From the NCBI GenBank assembly GCA_030167865.1, contig JALAGF010003975.1:1-43705 (forward strand): a stretch of 43,705 nt of DNA, read 5' to 3'. Every line of letters begins with the position of its first letter. The stretch's first letter is position 1. Shown here piece after piece: positions 21,071-32,926 of the stretch. Both the position numbers and the translations under genes were made by a program. The notes beneath the pieces were generated by a model. That model had not been told where the DNA came from. It made no database searches and saw only the letters and a program-made list of their open reading frames with translations. Source of the stretch: Craspedostauros australis. Taxonomy: Eukaryota.

Positions 21071-23533
21071 ATGGCAGACAACAGCACAGCGCTGGTGGTT
21101 GGCACAGGATGCCTCACGGTGGTGCTTCTGGGTGCCCTGTACATGGTCAAGAAGGAGTCCAAGCAAAGGGAGTTGGAAGACGTCAAGCAAGAGGATGCCA
21201 CCGTTGCAACCTCGTCTGGTCACATGGTGGACAAGGAGGTGAGAATCATCGATTGCCGCAGTCAGCTCTGCTGCGTTACTGCGTTACTTGCTATGGTTCG
21301 TTGCCACATCCATATTAGGACATGTTAGTACATAGATAGGGTGGGCCGCAGTGCCATCTCATGCCTGGTGGTGGAAGGTCGACATCATCATTGCGTTGTT
21401 GGGAGATTGGCCAAGACATGCCCCTCTAATCTTTGCATTACTGTGTTCTACATCTCGCTCTTCTTTGCATATCCTTCTTTGCACATTCCTTGTTGCATTA
21501 CTATTGCACCGCACCGTTGGGAAATGGATGGCATCGTAACTCCATGCCACTGAACCCACGATCGCCACCACAACCGAATACTCCACCACACCAAAATGAA
21601 CGAATTGAATCAAATCAAATCAAATTGGATGATCCAACAGAAACACCCTGGTGGATTGATCTCGGTGTACTTTGCGACGCAGACAGGAACGTCCGAGGAT
21701 TTCGCGCAGCAACTCGAACGCGAGGCCGCGGATCGTGGATTCTACATCAGCGTCATGGACATTGAGGATGTGGACCTGGATTACATGATCGCCAAGGAGC
21801 AGAGGGACGCGGATTCCGACAAGGCACGGGCCATCTTCCTCACATCCACCTACGGCGAAGGTGAACCGACCGACAACGCGACGGAAATAGCCAATGCCAT
21901 CAAGGAGCGCTTGGGCTTGGAGGGAACCACCAGCGAGAGCAAACAGGCGGATCCCGCCGATCTCGACGATGAGACCACCACGATGTTTGCCGACAAGCTA
22001 GAATATTGCGTCTTCGGTTTGGGAAATACCCAGTACGAGCACTACAACTCCATGGGAAGATTCTTCGACCGCAACCTCAGCGTCATGGGCGGAAAGCGAC
22101 TGCTCAAGCTTGGTCTGGGAGATGATGACAAGGACATCGAAGCCGATTTCGAAGCATGGAAGGAGGAGCTCTGGGCGATGCTCAAGAGGACGTACCTCAA
22201 GGACTCCGACTTCAAGGCACCCGACGCATCCTCCTCAGGCGATCAGCTTCCAGATTGCGAGTACGCCATTGAGTACCACACGGACAAGAACGCGACAGCT
22301 GGCAACATGGACATCCCGTTGGACAAGGTGCACTCGTCCTCCCGCCATTCCTTCACCTCCTTCGACTGCCCCGTCAAGGTCGTGCGCGAGCTGCGATCCT
22401 CCACGCAGGACGGATCCACCGTCCATGTCGAGATCGATATCTCGAAGGCCGGTTTCGATTACATCACGGCGGACAACCTAGGCGTGCTGCCATTGAATGA
22501 CATGAAGATCGTAGAATCCGTCGGCAAATCCCTCGGCTACGATCTGGATGCCGTCTTCTCTCTCAAGGCCGCATCCAATCACGAATGGCACGGCGCACCG
22601 TTCCCCATGCCCATCACCATCCGTGAATGCCTGGAACGTTACTGCGACCTCACCTCCGCGCCGCGCCGATCCGACCTCAAGCTGCTGGCGCTCTACGCAT
22701 CGGACCCCATCGACTGCAAGGCGCTCACCTTCATGTCCTCCAAGGAAGGCAAGAAGGAGTACAAGGAGAAGATTTCGGACGGCTATGTCGGCCTCGTCGA
22801 CCTCCTCAAGCGCTGCCCATCCATATCCATCCCGCTGGAGCATCTGATCAAGATCTCGCGTCGTCAGATGCCACGTCACTACACCATCTCCTCATCGTCA
22901 TCGGTCCACCCCGACACCATCCACCTGACAGTCGCCGTCACACAGGGCACCCGATCCGACGGAACCAAATTCAAGGGAGTCTGCTCCTCGCACTTGGCTG
23001 GGCTCGTGCCAGGCAAGGACAAGGTGCGGGTATTCAACCGCCCGTCGACATTCCGTCTGCCGAAGGACACCACGAGGCCCATCCTCATGGTCGGACCGGG
23101 CACGGGAGTTGCGCCCATGCGAGGTCTGCTGCAGGAGCGACACCATCTCAAGTCGAAGGGCAAGAGCGTCGGTGAAAACGTCCTGTACTTCGGTTGCAAG
23201 AAGAGCACCGAGGATTTCATCTACAAGGACGAGATGGAGGCATTCGAGAAGGACGGCATCCTCACCAAGCTCTACCTGGCCTTCAGCCGCGAACAGCGCG
23301 AGAAGGTGTACGTGCAGCACCTGCTGTCCAAGAACGCGGCCGAAACGTGGAAGCTCGTCAACGAAGAGAAGGGCTCCATCTACGTGTGCGGCGGCGTCCG
23401 TATGGGACATGATGTCACGGAGGCGTTGAAGGAGATTGTCGGCAACGAAGGTCAGATGTCCGCTGACAAGGCCAAGGATTACGTCGCCAAGATGGCCATG
23501 GAGGGACGTTTCGTGCAGGAACTGTGGGCATGA
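21071..23533 (+). CDS. POR: NADPH-cytochrome P450 reductase, about 686 aa, 2 exons
   Basis: Exons 21071-21238 (N-terminal membrane anchor) and 21641-23533. FMN motifs YFATQTGTSE, STYGEGEPTDNA, VFGLGNTQYEHYN. FAD motifs PRHYTISSS and GVCSS. NADPH motifs MVGPGTGVAPMRG, LYFGC, AFSR, KVYVQH, YVCG. C-terminal ELWA. Confidence 0.95.
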
Positions 23534-26399
23534 GCTGGTGGGGGATTTCTGTTGGGTTGCGCATGCTTGTCGTGAAGGATGGATGAGATACAACACGTTA
23601 CTCTATTCTGTGTATATCATGCGGAATGGAGGGGTGCGGAATGACATGGTCCATGAAACTCATGAATGGGTTTGGAAGTGACAGCGGCATGGCGATTGAT
23701 TTGTAACGACACTACCACCAAACGGCTCAACTCATGATGCACAGCACATACCGTACACCTTCATTCAAGTCGATTCAGGCCACGTCACATCACGTCACGG
23801 CAAGCAACAACCCAAGGAGCAAAGAAATGAATGAATGACGGAACATACTTATTAGTTGGAAAACTTCAATGTACTCGTGATACGACAGAAAGTAATGTTG
23901 ATGCTTGAGTTTGTCGAATCCTGGAAGAGCACTCCAACTGAGACTCTGGTGTGGATGAAGGCAATTGTGATGCAGCACTCTTTGCTCTGTTGGCTTTCGC
24001 ACAAACTCTCACGATAGTGGCAACGATCTGTCACATGTCACAATGGAGCACTGCAAAGAGCAGAGCGGCACCCTCCTGAACGATGTGATCCCATCCATTC
24101 AACGAACACGCCTGCACTAACACACTTGCTTCGGTCGCGAAATCGAAATCTCCCGATCCTGCTTGGATACATCAAACCTGACACTTCGAACTGTGTTGGC
24201 GAAGGTGCGATTGCTGAAATGGCAACAAGTTGAATACTCGCAGTACAAGCAGAAGGGATCCTGCGTTCGTGGACTTTGTTGAAATCGGTGGATTTGAGAC
24301 GAACTTGCTGTCCCATGGGATCATCCCAACCGGTGAAATGAAACCGCCGTGTGTGGTATGAACTCGTGCTTGTGCGCGTTTAGCTGTACCGGCGAGCGGT
24401 CGTAGTCGTAGTCGCATGAGTTCAGGGGATCATGACTCGTACAATATAAAATAATACCAACATGTGTACTCGCACTTGTGTCGAATGGAGAGCATCAAAC
24501 TGCACCCAAGAAAGCAGCTTGGAGATGGTTGAAACCAACCGAAGCGCTGCAAAGGGATTGTGCATCCAACAAGTGTTAGAATACAATGCATTGGCGCAAT
24601 ACTTGTGGGTAGACCGGATTGCGGGGAGGTGCAGTCGAGAGTATTGGGTTGTTGTTGTTGTGCTCCATTGCGATGCTCAAGGGGCAGACATGCGCGTCGT
24701 TCTGACCTTGCGCGAAAAGTTCACCGGCTGAAGGGTGCGAAGCATCTGCGACACTCTGACAAGCCCTGCTGTCATTGTGGTTGTGGTTTGACCTGCGTTC
24801 CACTTGCCGGTCATCAGGATGCCGGAATGATTCCTCGCCAGTCTTTTCAAGTTGCGTTGGAAGGTGATGCGATGCGATGGTGGGGAATGGCATCTGCCCC
24901 ACCCTCCGCTCTTGCATCACATGCATGAATACAATACGCGTACACACTATGCTTGTATGTCCCTCCCTTCACACGTACGAGCATGTCTGCTTCTCTATCT
25001 GCCCATCCACCCATCCACCCGTCTGTCAGAAGTGCACGCTCGGTTGTGAACCGTTGACATGTTGAAGGAGCAGGTCAAACGGGGATGCATGATCAAAAAG
25101 GCAAAGTGGAGACTGTGACGCCATCGACGCGAATTTGCATGTCCACAGAGCAGAGGATTGGTGGAGTAGGTACGAGCACGGCACGAGTGTGGCCTTGTGC
25201 AGGTCTGTGCTCGCGCCCATTCGTCCCACAATCGATCTGTCTGCGAAGGGGCAGTCGGGTGCAAACCAAAGTCCGCGATGTACCATGCGATCTATGGTAT
25301 CGAGCTGTCAACCTGCCACAATGCATGTTGATGATGCATGATCATCCCAGAGCCATGGTTCCACAAAGACTTGTGCTCGAGAGGATCTTGTGCTTGTCAG
25401 TGGTTCGAGCATCACTGCCTGCAGTCGGCTGGTTGGTGTCTGCTCTTGTGTGTCCAAGTCGTCGTTGATCTCGTTGTTGTTGGTTTAGTGCGCTTCCTCC
25501 GCAGCAACTCCATTGTGCTCCACAAGCCACCACCACCCGCGACACTTGGCCGAGCGCATGTCCGCCGAATCGGTTCTGGGGATGACACGGAGTTATGCAT
25601 GGATGGACGCGCGAGGGTGCTGATGGCGACTCCTTTTCACCGGTTGTGCTTCAAGCGGTGGCTGGCGACGCACCAGAAGTCGAACGGCCTGGCGAGGATG
25701 GAACAGGCGACAACGTCCAACCGGAAGAGCCTCAGAGACACTCTCGATGTGTCATCGTGCTGGTGTTGAGGCTTGCTTCTTTGTCCTACTCGCACGACTG
25801 TGAGCATGGATGAGTATAATACTTGTGTTCTGGTTCATATTCGCAATAGCGCGTGTATGCATGGTTGAACCCATAGATTGTAGACCATAGATCGTGGAAT
25901 ACTCTCCTACTCTACCGCAATCGATTGTGCAACGCCAAGCGTCTGCGAACATGCAACCCTTGCCCTGCAGAGCTTGCACCCTCTCCTGAAATATAGTACG
26001 CATGATAGGTCATACAGCAGCATGTACGCATTCAGAGCTGCTGGTATTGCTGTGCTTCTGATGTCTGGCTTGTCAACTCTTATTCTTCATGTTGTTCTTG
26101 TTCTGCCTCTCCACCTTCTCCTTGCCAGTTGGTTGCAAGTTTGGTGCCCTTCGTGTTCTCTCTCCCTTGGTGCTCCTGTGCCTCTGCTCTATTCACGTCG
26201 TGCTCTGGCTGCAATCGTGTTGGGGCTTCTCTGTGGCGTGTTTTGCTGCCACTCCGCTGCCACGCCACTCTCCTCGACCGTGCCGACCCAGAGGTTGCGT
26301 GTTGTTTGGTGTTTGGGTCGGCTGTTGGATTGATGACCAAGATGGAAGGTCGGATGCATAACTGCGGATACATCACACCAGTTGTGGCCTTCCACGACG

Positions 26400-26407
26400 T
26401 GACGTCA
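26400..26407. promoter_or_regulatory. TGACGTCA palindrome within CACGACGTGACGTCA, upstream of the 27649 gene leader
   Basis: Exact palindrome close to where CA-rich composition switches strand. Function is inferred only. Confidence 0.3.
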
Positions 26408-27648
26408 TGTTGATAAAAAATGGTCGTTGTTGGACACTCCTCGACAGGCCGAAATACACGATTGCGCACGTCTCTCTGCATCGCGATGGGAGTTTCACTG
26501 GTTTGATTCGAGACACAGTTGTTCCGACTAAGCTGGCATGGCGGTAAGTGGGCAGCTTCTACAATTGTTAATTGTTCTCAACTGCGACAGAACTGAGACA
26601 ATAATATATAACCGGAGTTTTTCTATGCGGTTGCTCCGTCGTGTGAGTGGAAGCGCGGCGAAAAAGACAGAATGCTCGTGCACCACATCGCACGAAGGCG
26701 AGCACGTCGTAACGCTGCCAAGCACTTGAGCGCTGAGGGAAGACTGACTGGTGATGACAAGTCAGGAACGTGCCAAAACCTGGCGTTGCGGCAACAACAC
26801 GGCGGAAAACACGCAACAAACAGAAACAGCGTTCTGTGCTGTTCGCAAGACCGGAATTGGGAGCAGCAGCAAACGCAACAACCAACGCAAACACGGCAGC
26901 AACAAAGAAAGCAAGCAACAGGGCAAACACACGCGAAACTGCAAATACAGCATCAGCAACAGCCGAAGACAACAAAAGTAACAACAACATCATCAACAAC
27001 ATTGACGACATCGACAACATCGACAACATCAACATTGATGTCAAGAGTCAACAAGTGCAACCCATTCACTTCGCTATTCCAAGACGAACACTCCAGAGTC
27101 GAGAACTCAAACCTGCACGACCTCCCCATACCAACAAGCAACAGCATCGCGCCAAGCATCACCCTCCAGCATTACCAGCATTACCGTATCAACTCTGTTT
27201 GACCAACTCGTTCGCTCCCAAACGGCCAAACAACCAGGCAACCAAGCAACAAAGGCAACAAAGACGACAAAGACAACACAACAACACGACTTCTGTCTCA
27301 TTCCCACCACACGCACCACCATCACTGCATTCCGTCTTCACCTCACAACAACAACAACAGCAACAAGAACAACAACCGCGCACTTGTAGTAGACTTGAAA
27401 ACAGCGTGTAGCGGAGTAGAGCAGAATAGAGCAGAGCAGGCCGCAATACAACCGCACCAACACCCCAGCAGGCAACTCCCCATCGTTGAAGTGAATCGCA
27501 CTGAACCGAAAGAGCCTGAAAAGCATCACACGAAGCATCCAGAGCAATTCTCATAATCCACCACGCCATACAACACTACCACAACTGCGAGTACAACCAC
27601 TACCACAACCACCACCTCAACTGCAAGCACAACTGCAAGCATAGCATC

Positions 27649-28569
27649 ATGAGCCATAACAATCACAACTACCCCTACGGCAACCACGGCTACTATCCCA
27701 CGGAGCCTCAGATGGACGACGGCACCTACAGCCACAGCCACCATACGAGCACAAGTTCGAGTACGAACAACCACAACCACAACACACCAACCAACAACAC
27801 CACCGACATCCCAAAGACCTCGCTGGCCTCTGGCGTCGCCGCGGGCAGCATGGCAGCCGCCGGCTCGTCCAAGCACGCCAAGGCCGCAGCCGTCCTCAAT
27901 GGCACCTCCTTCATCTGGATGTCGCTCTCCCACCAACCCATCGCCAAGGAACTAGCCATCTTCATCCAGACAGCAGAGACCCTGCAAAAGCTCTACGGAT
28001 CCAGGCTGCAGCACTGGCACGTCCAGCTGCTTCGCAAGGCCTGGGCCACGCACAACAACCACTGCCAGAACTACTGGACCTCGTTAGACAAGATCCTCAA
28101 ATCGTACCTCGGAAAGCACATGGAGATACCACCGGAGATGACTGCTGACAGAGACGACGTCCTCTACTACTGCGCCCTCATCACCTCGCTCCTGGAGGAA
28201 GACGGCAGGCTCGACATCCTGGACGAGCTCATGCGCCTGCTCCACGACCATCGCAACACCCTCAAAACGGTCTGCAACGCCCACAAGGAGCGCTTCATCC
28301 CGCTCTTCCAGGCCTTCTGCACGCCCGAGGACATGGTCACCATGGTCCAGAAGACGCTCTCCACCAACGTCAAGGCCTGCGACGGTGCCTGGATGTACCA
28401 TCACGGCATCGAGAACCTGCTGCGTCAGATCTTCCAGAACCAGGACTCTCGCAATGCCTACTCCTGGATCAACGTCTTCGAGAACCTGTCACAATCCTAC
28501 GAGCGCACCTACGTCGAGCCGCTCAGAGCGCTCAAGGAGAACCTGCAACCCTTCTGCGTCTTTGACTAA
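27649..28569 (+). CDS. Hypothetical 306-aa protein, probably a degenerate hemerythrin-like (HHE) helical-bundle protein
   Basis: Strong GC3 codon bias supports coding status. Low-complexity H/N/S/T N-terminus, then a helical domain whose spacing (WMSLSHQPIAKEL...PLFQAFCTPED...GAWMYHHG...YERTYV) recalls algal hemerythrin-like proteins. The family call is by eye and weaker (about 0.45) than the CDS call. Confidence 0.75.
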   Translation: MSHNNHNYPYGNHGYYPTEPQMDDGTYSHSHHTSTSSSTNNHNHNTPTNNTTDIPKTSLASGVAAGSMAAAGSSKHAKAAAVLNGTSFIWMSLSHQPIAKELAIFIQTAETLQKLYGSRLQHWHVQLLRKAWATHNNHCQNYWTSLDKILKSYLGKHMEIPPEMTADRDDVLYYCALITSLLEEDGRLDILDELMRLLHDHRNTLKTVCNAHKERFIPLFQAFCTPEDMVTMVQKTLSTNVKACDGAWMYHHGIENLLRQIFQNQDSRNAYSWINVFENLSQSYERTYVEPLRALKENLQPFCVFD

Positions 28570-30628
28570 GCAAGCAGGATCCCATCGTGGGGTCTGGCCT
28601 CTTTGAGGGCTACAGAACAACCCACAACACGTGACGCAGATTGGCGAGACAGCGAATGCCTCGACGAATCGCGACACAGGCTCAAAGGCAAACGTCGCAT
28701 GGTTGATGCTGCTGCTACTAAGACTACTACTGAAGCTGAAACTGCTTCTACAGACACAGGATACAGCAGGAAACAGAACAATGGTTGCTCACACGTGCGC
28801 AGCGACCACAAAGCACAATCAGAGAACACAACTTCTCTCTAAAACAGAGCAAAACGAAGCCATGACGAAGGGAACCGTGCAATACCAAGGCTCTGCCATC
28901 ATCATCCATTCCCTTCCTGCGCAGTTTTGAGCCACTCTTTTGAAGGCGGGACGATCACCTGCTGGTCGTCTACCGTCCACTATCCAAACTTAACTCCCAT
29001 GTAAGATTAACATGAACCCTTCCCATGATCTCCAACACACGCGGCCCCGTCTGAGAAATTGCACTACTGGTGCATGCACCCCTGGGACCCTCTCGCCGCC
29101 TGTTTTCGCAAGGCATCGAGAGAAGGGGTATCCTCGACAACCGAGGTACCAGTACACAAGCCTCCAGCTCCCGGATTGCTTCTTGTGTTCTTGGAACACT
29201 GGTCCTGCCCTTCCCTCACCAACAATTTCGTGTCACGTTTCACCGGTTCGTTTCTGTGTGACTCCCTTAGTTATTTGTTCTTGTTCTCTCTAACTGTCCT
29301 CGCACCGTACCAAAGCCCGCAGTTCGCCCGACTCTATCTATCCCTATCGGCTAGAGAGCAGAATACCGATGGCACGTCACCAACATACTCGGACACCTCC
29401 ACATAAGTGACTCGATCATGCTTTGGCCCACTTTCTCCCAGACTCTTGTTCGCCACGAGCGCAGCCTCACACCATTCTCGTAGGGCAGACTGGCCTCCGC
29501 ACGTTTCTGCTTCCAACAACAACGTTAACTCGGCACCGTCCAAACAAGAACGCAAGTGCCCCATGGGGTATTCTGCTGTTGCATGTCATCTCAACGTGGT
29601 ATCTGTGTATTCGTCTTGGGCGAGGCCATCGCAGAAGAGAGAGAGAGAGAACTAAACCTCCCAATCTACAGAAACGCACGTGCCTGGGTACTACACCACA
29701 TCATCCTTAGTCGTATTGCCCAAGTAGGATGCTGCACATTCCTCTGTCCGTGCGCTTCACCGGTTGCTTGTCAGCTCTCCACCACTTCATTCCTAAATCG
29801 GTGGTTCAATTCTCAAAGATCGTGCAATACAGGTCATGACAATCCATGTGCTCGTGGCGCAGGGCAACCACCAGTATGGCTGTGGCCAAATAGAGAGCTC
29901 TTCCATGCGATCCTGCAGGTGTCAGAGCCACGATTGTGCCCTTGCGGTAGTCGTAGATTGACAAGTTACCACAATACCCACCTCGTATGGCGTCCCATGC
30001 TCCACACTTTCATCCATGCGAATGCAGGCAAGCAAGTGCCTTGTATCGTTCGATGCTTCAAGAACCGCGAAAAACAAACTGGTGAAACTCGAACCGATGG
30101 GCGAGCTATGAGCCTGTATCCGTGGTGGAGTAGTTCGTAGTCGTACGTAGACAGAAGAACGTAGCCGCTCTGCTTCCACGTTCGATCACTTCGTTCACAC
30201 CCAAAGGATTCATCCACCCACCAACGCAGTCGTCCAAAGTTCGCAGTTTGAAGTTGCAAGAGTGGAGTTCGCTCAGAACATGCAGCAGCGATACAAACAA
30301 ATGTCGGTGTGCGTTGTCCTGTGTTGATTGAATGCCTCATTCCGTGGCGTTCGGTGCTGCGGTTCCGCGAGATTGGTGGCCAAGGTCAGCATGGAAGCCT
30401 GATAGGGAGGACCGTGCCAGAGGCGCCTCGCTGTTGTGGCTGTACCTGCTGATGAGACTGCGCAAACAAAGATAGAGCGAACGAGAGATTCAGTTCGCCT
30501 ATGAGCGCTATTAGTCTACGTATGGCACATCCGTACGGGCGGACACTCGTACTCCACGTACGTGCCTACTTGCACTGCCGTTTCGACTATTGGTATTCCT
30601 CCCAAATGTTCTATTTCATCCGCATCGA

Positions 30629-32083
30629 TCACTCCTTCAGGTGTGGGTACCATCCTTTGAAGGATTCCACAACTTGGGCGAATGTCTTTTCGAGATCATC
30701 GTTCACAAACACCTTATCGAAGTTGCCCTCCTCGTTGCCGTACTCCAGTTCTTCCTTCGAGTTCTTCAGTCGCTTGGTGATGGCCTCTTCGGTCTCGGTG
30801 CCCCGCCCTCTCAGCCGCTTCTCGAGCGCCTCCATCGACGGTGGCGCGATGAAGCAGTAGGTGCACTCCAGCGATGACTTCTTCACGGCACGCACGCCCT
30901 GCACATCGATGTCCAGAACGCAGATCTTGCCTCCCTTCTGGACGGATTCCACAGATTGGACGCTGCACATTGCGGGGGAGCGGGATGGAGAGAGAGAGAG
31001 AGAGAGTACGGTACGCAACAACCATGCGTGTGCAAAGCAGAACAATGCGGTGTCTGTCAGAACGAACGCAATCCATGATGCTTAGCAGCGTGACGTATTC
31101 CAAGTGCGACGGCGCTGTGTGCGACAGCGTGGTTCCCACCTCTTCCTTTATGCTACTTGCTTCGTGCTTGTGTCTTGGTTTCCTCTCTTACTTCCTTGAT
31201 GGTTTCGATCTCATCCTAGCTGTCTCGATCACACGCGCAGATACGCACGCTTGCACACACAAGAAATCTCTCGCAGGAACAACCTGATTCCCTTCATCTC
31301 ATGCCATACTCTGACATGCGATCTCTCATTCCGTGCAATGCCATATCACACATTCTGATCCATCAATCGCGTACCTCGTTCCGTAGTAGTTGCCGTGCAC
31401 TTCGGCATACTCAACGAATTTGCCGTCATCAATCTCCTTCTTGATCGCATCCACGGTGGTGAAATGATAATGCTTGCCATCGACTTCACCTTCTCGTGGC
31501 TTTCGCGTGGTGTGCGAGACACTGAAACCAAACTGCTCGTTGGGGAAGTGCTTCATGAGCATCTCAATCAACGTGCCCTTTCCAACGCCTGCAGGATTGT
31601 ACCATGGTGACGGCGGCGATGACCGAAACGGCAACGACGGCATTGGCAGTGATGGGGAGGCACGAATGGATCGCGAGTGCGTGCAATTCAGGAGGAGCCA
31701 AGTTGCATCAAGTTGGGTGAGATACTGTGAGCTACGTATTATTCGTGTTATTGGCATTATACCATGTACGAGCTAGTGCTACATAACTCCGATGATTGAT
31801 TGCTTCACATCTGCCAGAGTTCGCACAGTGATCAAGCTGACTATCATGTTGACTATGATATCATTTTGACAAGCAAATGCTGTGCAAGGTGCACAATGCA
31901 AAGCGTCCATGCACCCTTCATACCCCAAGTATGTACAAACCCAACCAACACACGGCAACCTACGGCAACCCACAGCAATCAATCAACCAATTCACCAACC
32001 AATTCACCAACGGTCACACAAGAGGATGAAAATGACTCACCGGATGGACCGCAGAAGACGACTGGCTTTGGATCTGTTGACAT
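30629..32083 (-). CDS. GUK1: Guanylate kinase, about 196 aa (about 249 aa if the upstream ATG at 32242 is used), 3 exons
   Basis: Exons 32083-32041, 31588-31375 and 30962-30629 splice in frame. Motifs: P-loop [67 protein letters not shown]. Confidence 0.95.
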
Positions 32084-32926
32084 GCTGCAAGTGTTGTTTG
32101 AAGACTGTGCGAGTAAGTGTCGTGGAAGTAGTGTCGGAGATGCCGATGAGGTTGATACCGTCTGTGCAGGTAGCAATGTGATGATCAGCACGAGTACAAC
32201 CACGAGTTCGAGTACGATGATACGGAGAGTGTCGCTGTGCATGGGTTGTCTGTTTGCACAAGTGCCATGTAGATTTGCCTTCTCTCTCTCTTGATGTCGT
32301 CGTGTTTTCCCACGCGCCGTGTTGCGTTCGCGGACTTTCGGAGTTCTCATCATCTTTCCTTCCTTTTTGTCGCGGAACACGAAAGGATCATTCCGCACAC
32401 AACAGAACCACTCCTTCGACCACTTTGACTTCTATCAGTCACGAATGCGGGCACGAACAACTGTCCAATCAGCAGACTAATTCGACCGAATTGTACGCTT
32501 TTTCCTCACATTTTGGCTTCCTGGTCGAGATTTTCGGCAGCGACTTGTGTTGGCAAGAACGCGCGCGACGGATTCGGTGAACTCGTAAGACTTCGGAGGG
32601 GGAGCGAAATGGAGAAACCTCATCTCACATGGAAGGCAAGCCAACTTTACAAAGGAGCAACCTGTGACACCTCCGTCGTTCAAACGCAGAATTTCTTGAC
32701 ACATGCACAACATGTGCCAGTATGTGTGTCCGAGTATGGTATGGTATTATGCAATGGAAGCGATCACAAAATGAACCGCGCTCAACGAAACATCTTCGAC
32801 GAGACGATCTTCCATTCCTGTGTGGAAACCAAAATAGAATTCTCTACGTACGTACGCACGCACACACGTGCGCATGTTACATCATACTCGTATCACGCCA
32901 TATAAATCCTCCTGAACACCAAAACC

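Noticed and set aside
21071..23533. P450 reductase as the anchor of a biosynthetic gene cluster
   Set aside because: No P450, synthase or tailoring enzyme is present in the window.
26672..27411. 176-aa and 213-aa ORFs upstream of the 27649 gene
   Set aside because: CAA/ACA-rich low-complexity DNA is open in several frames, lacks the GC3 bias of real genes here and matches leader composition.
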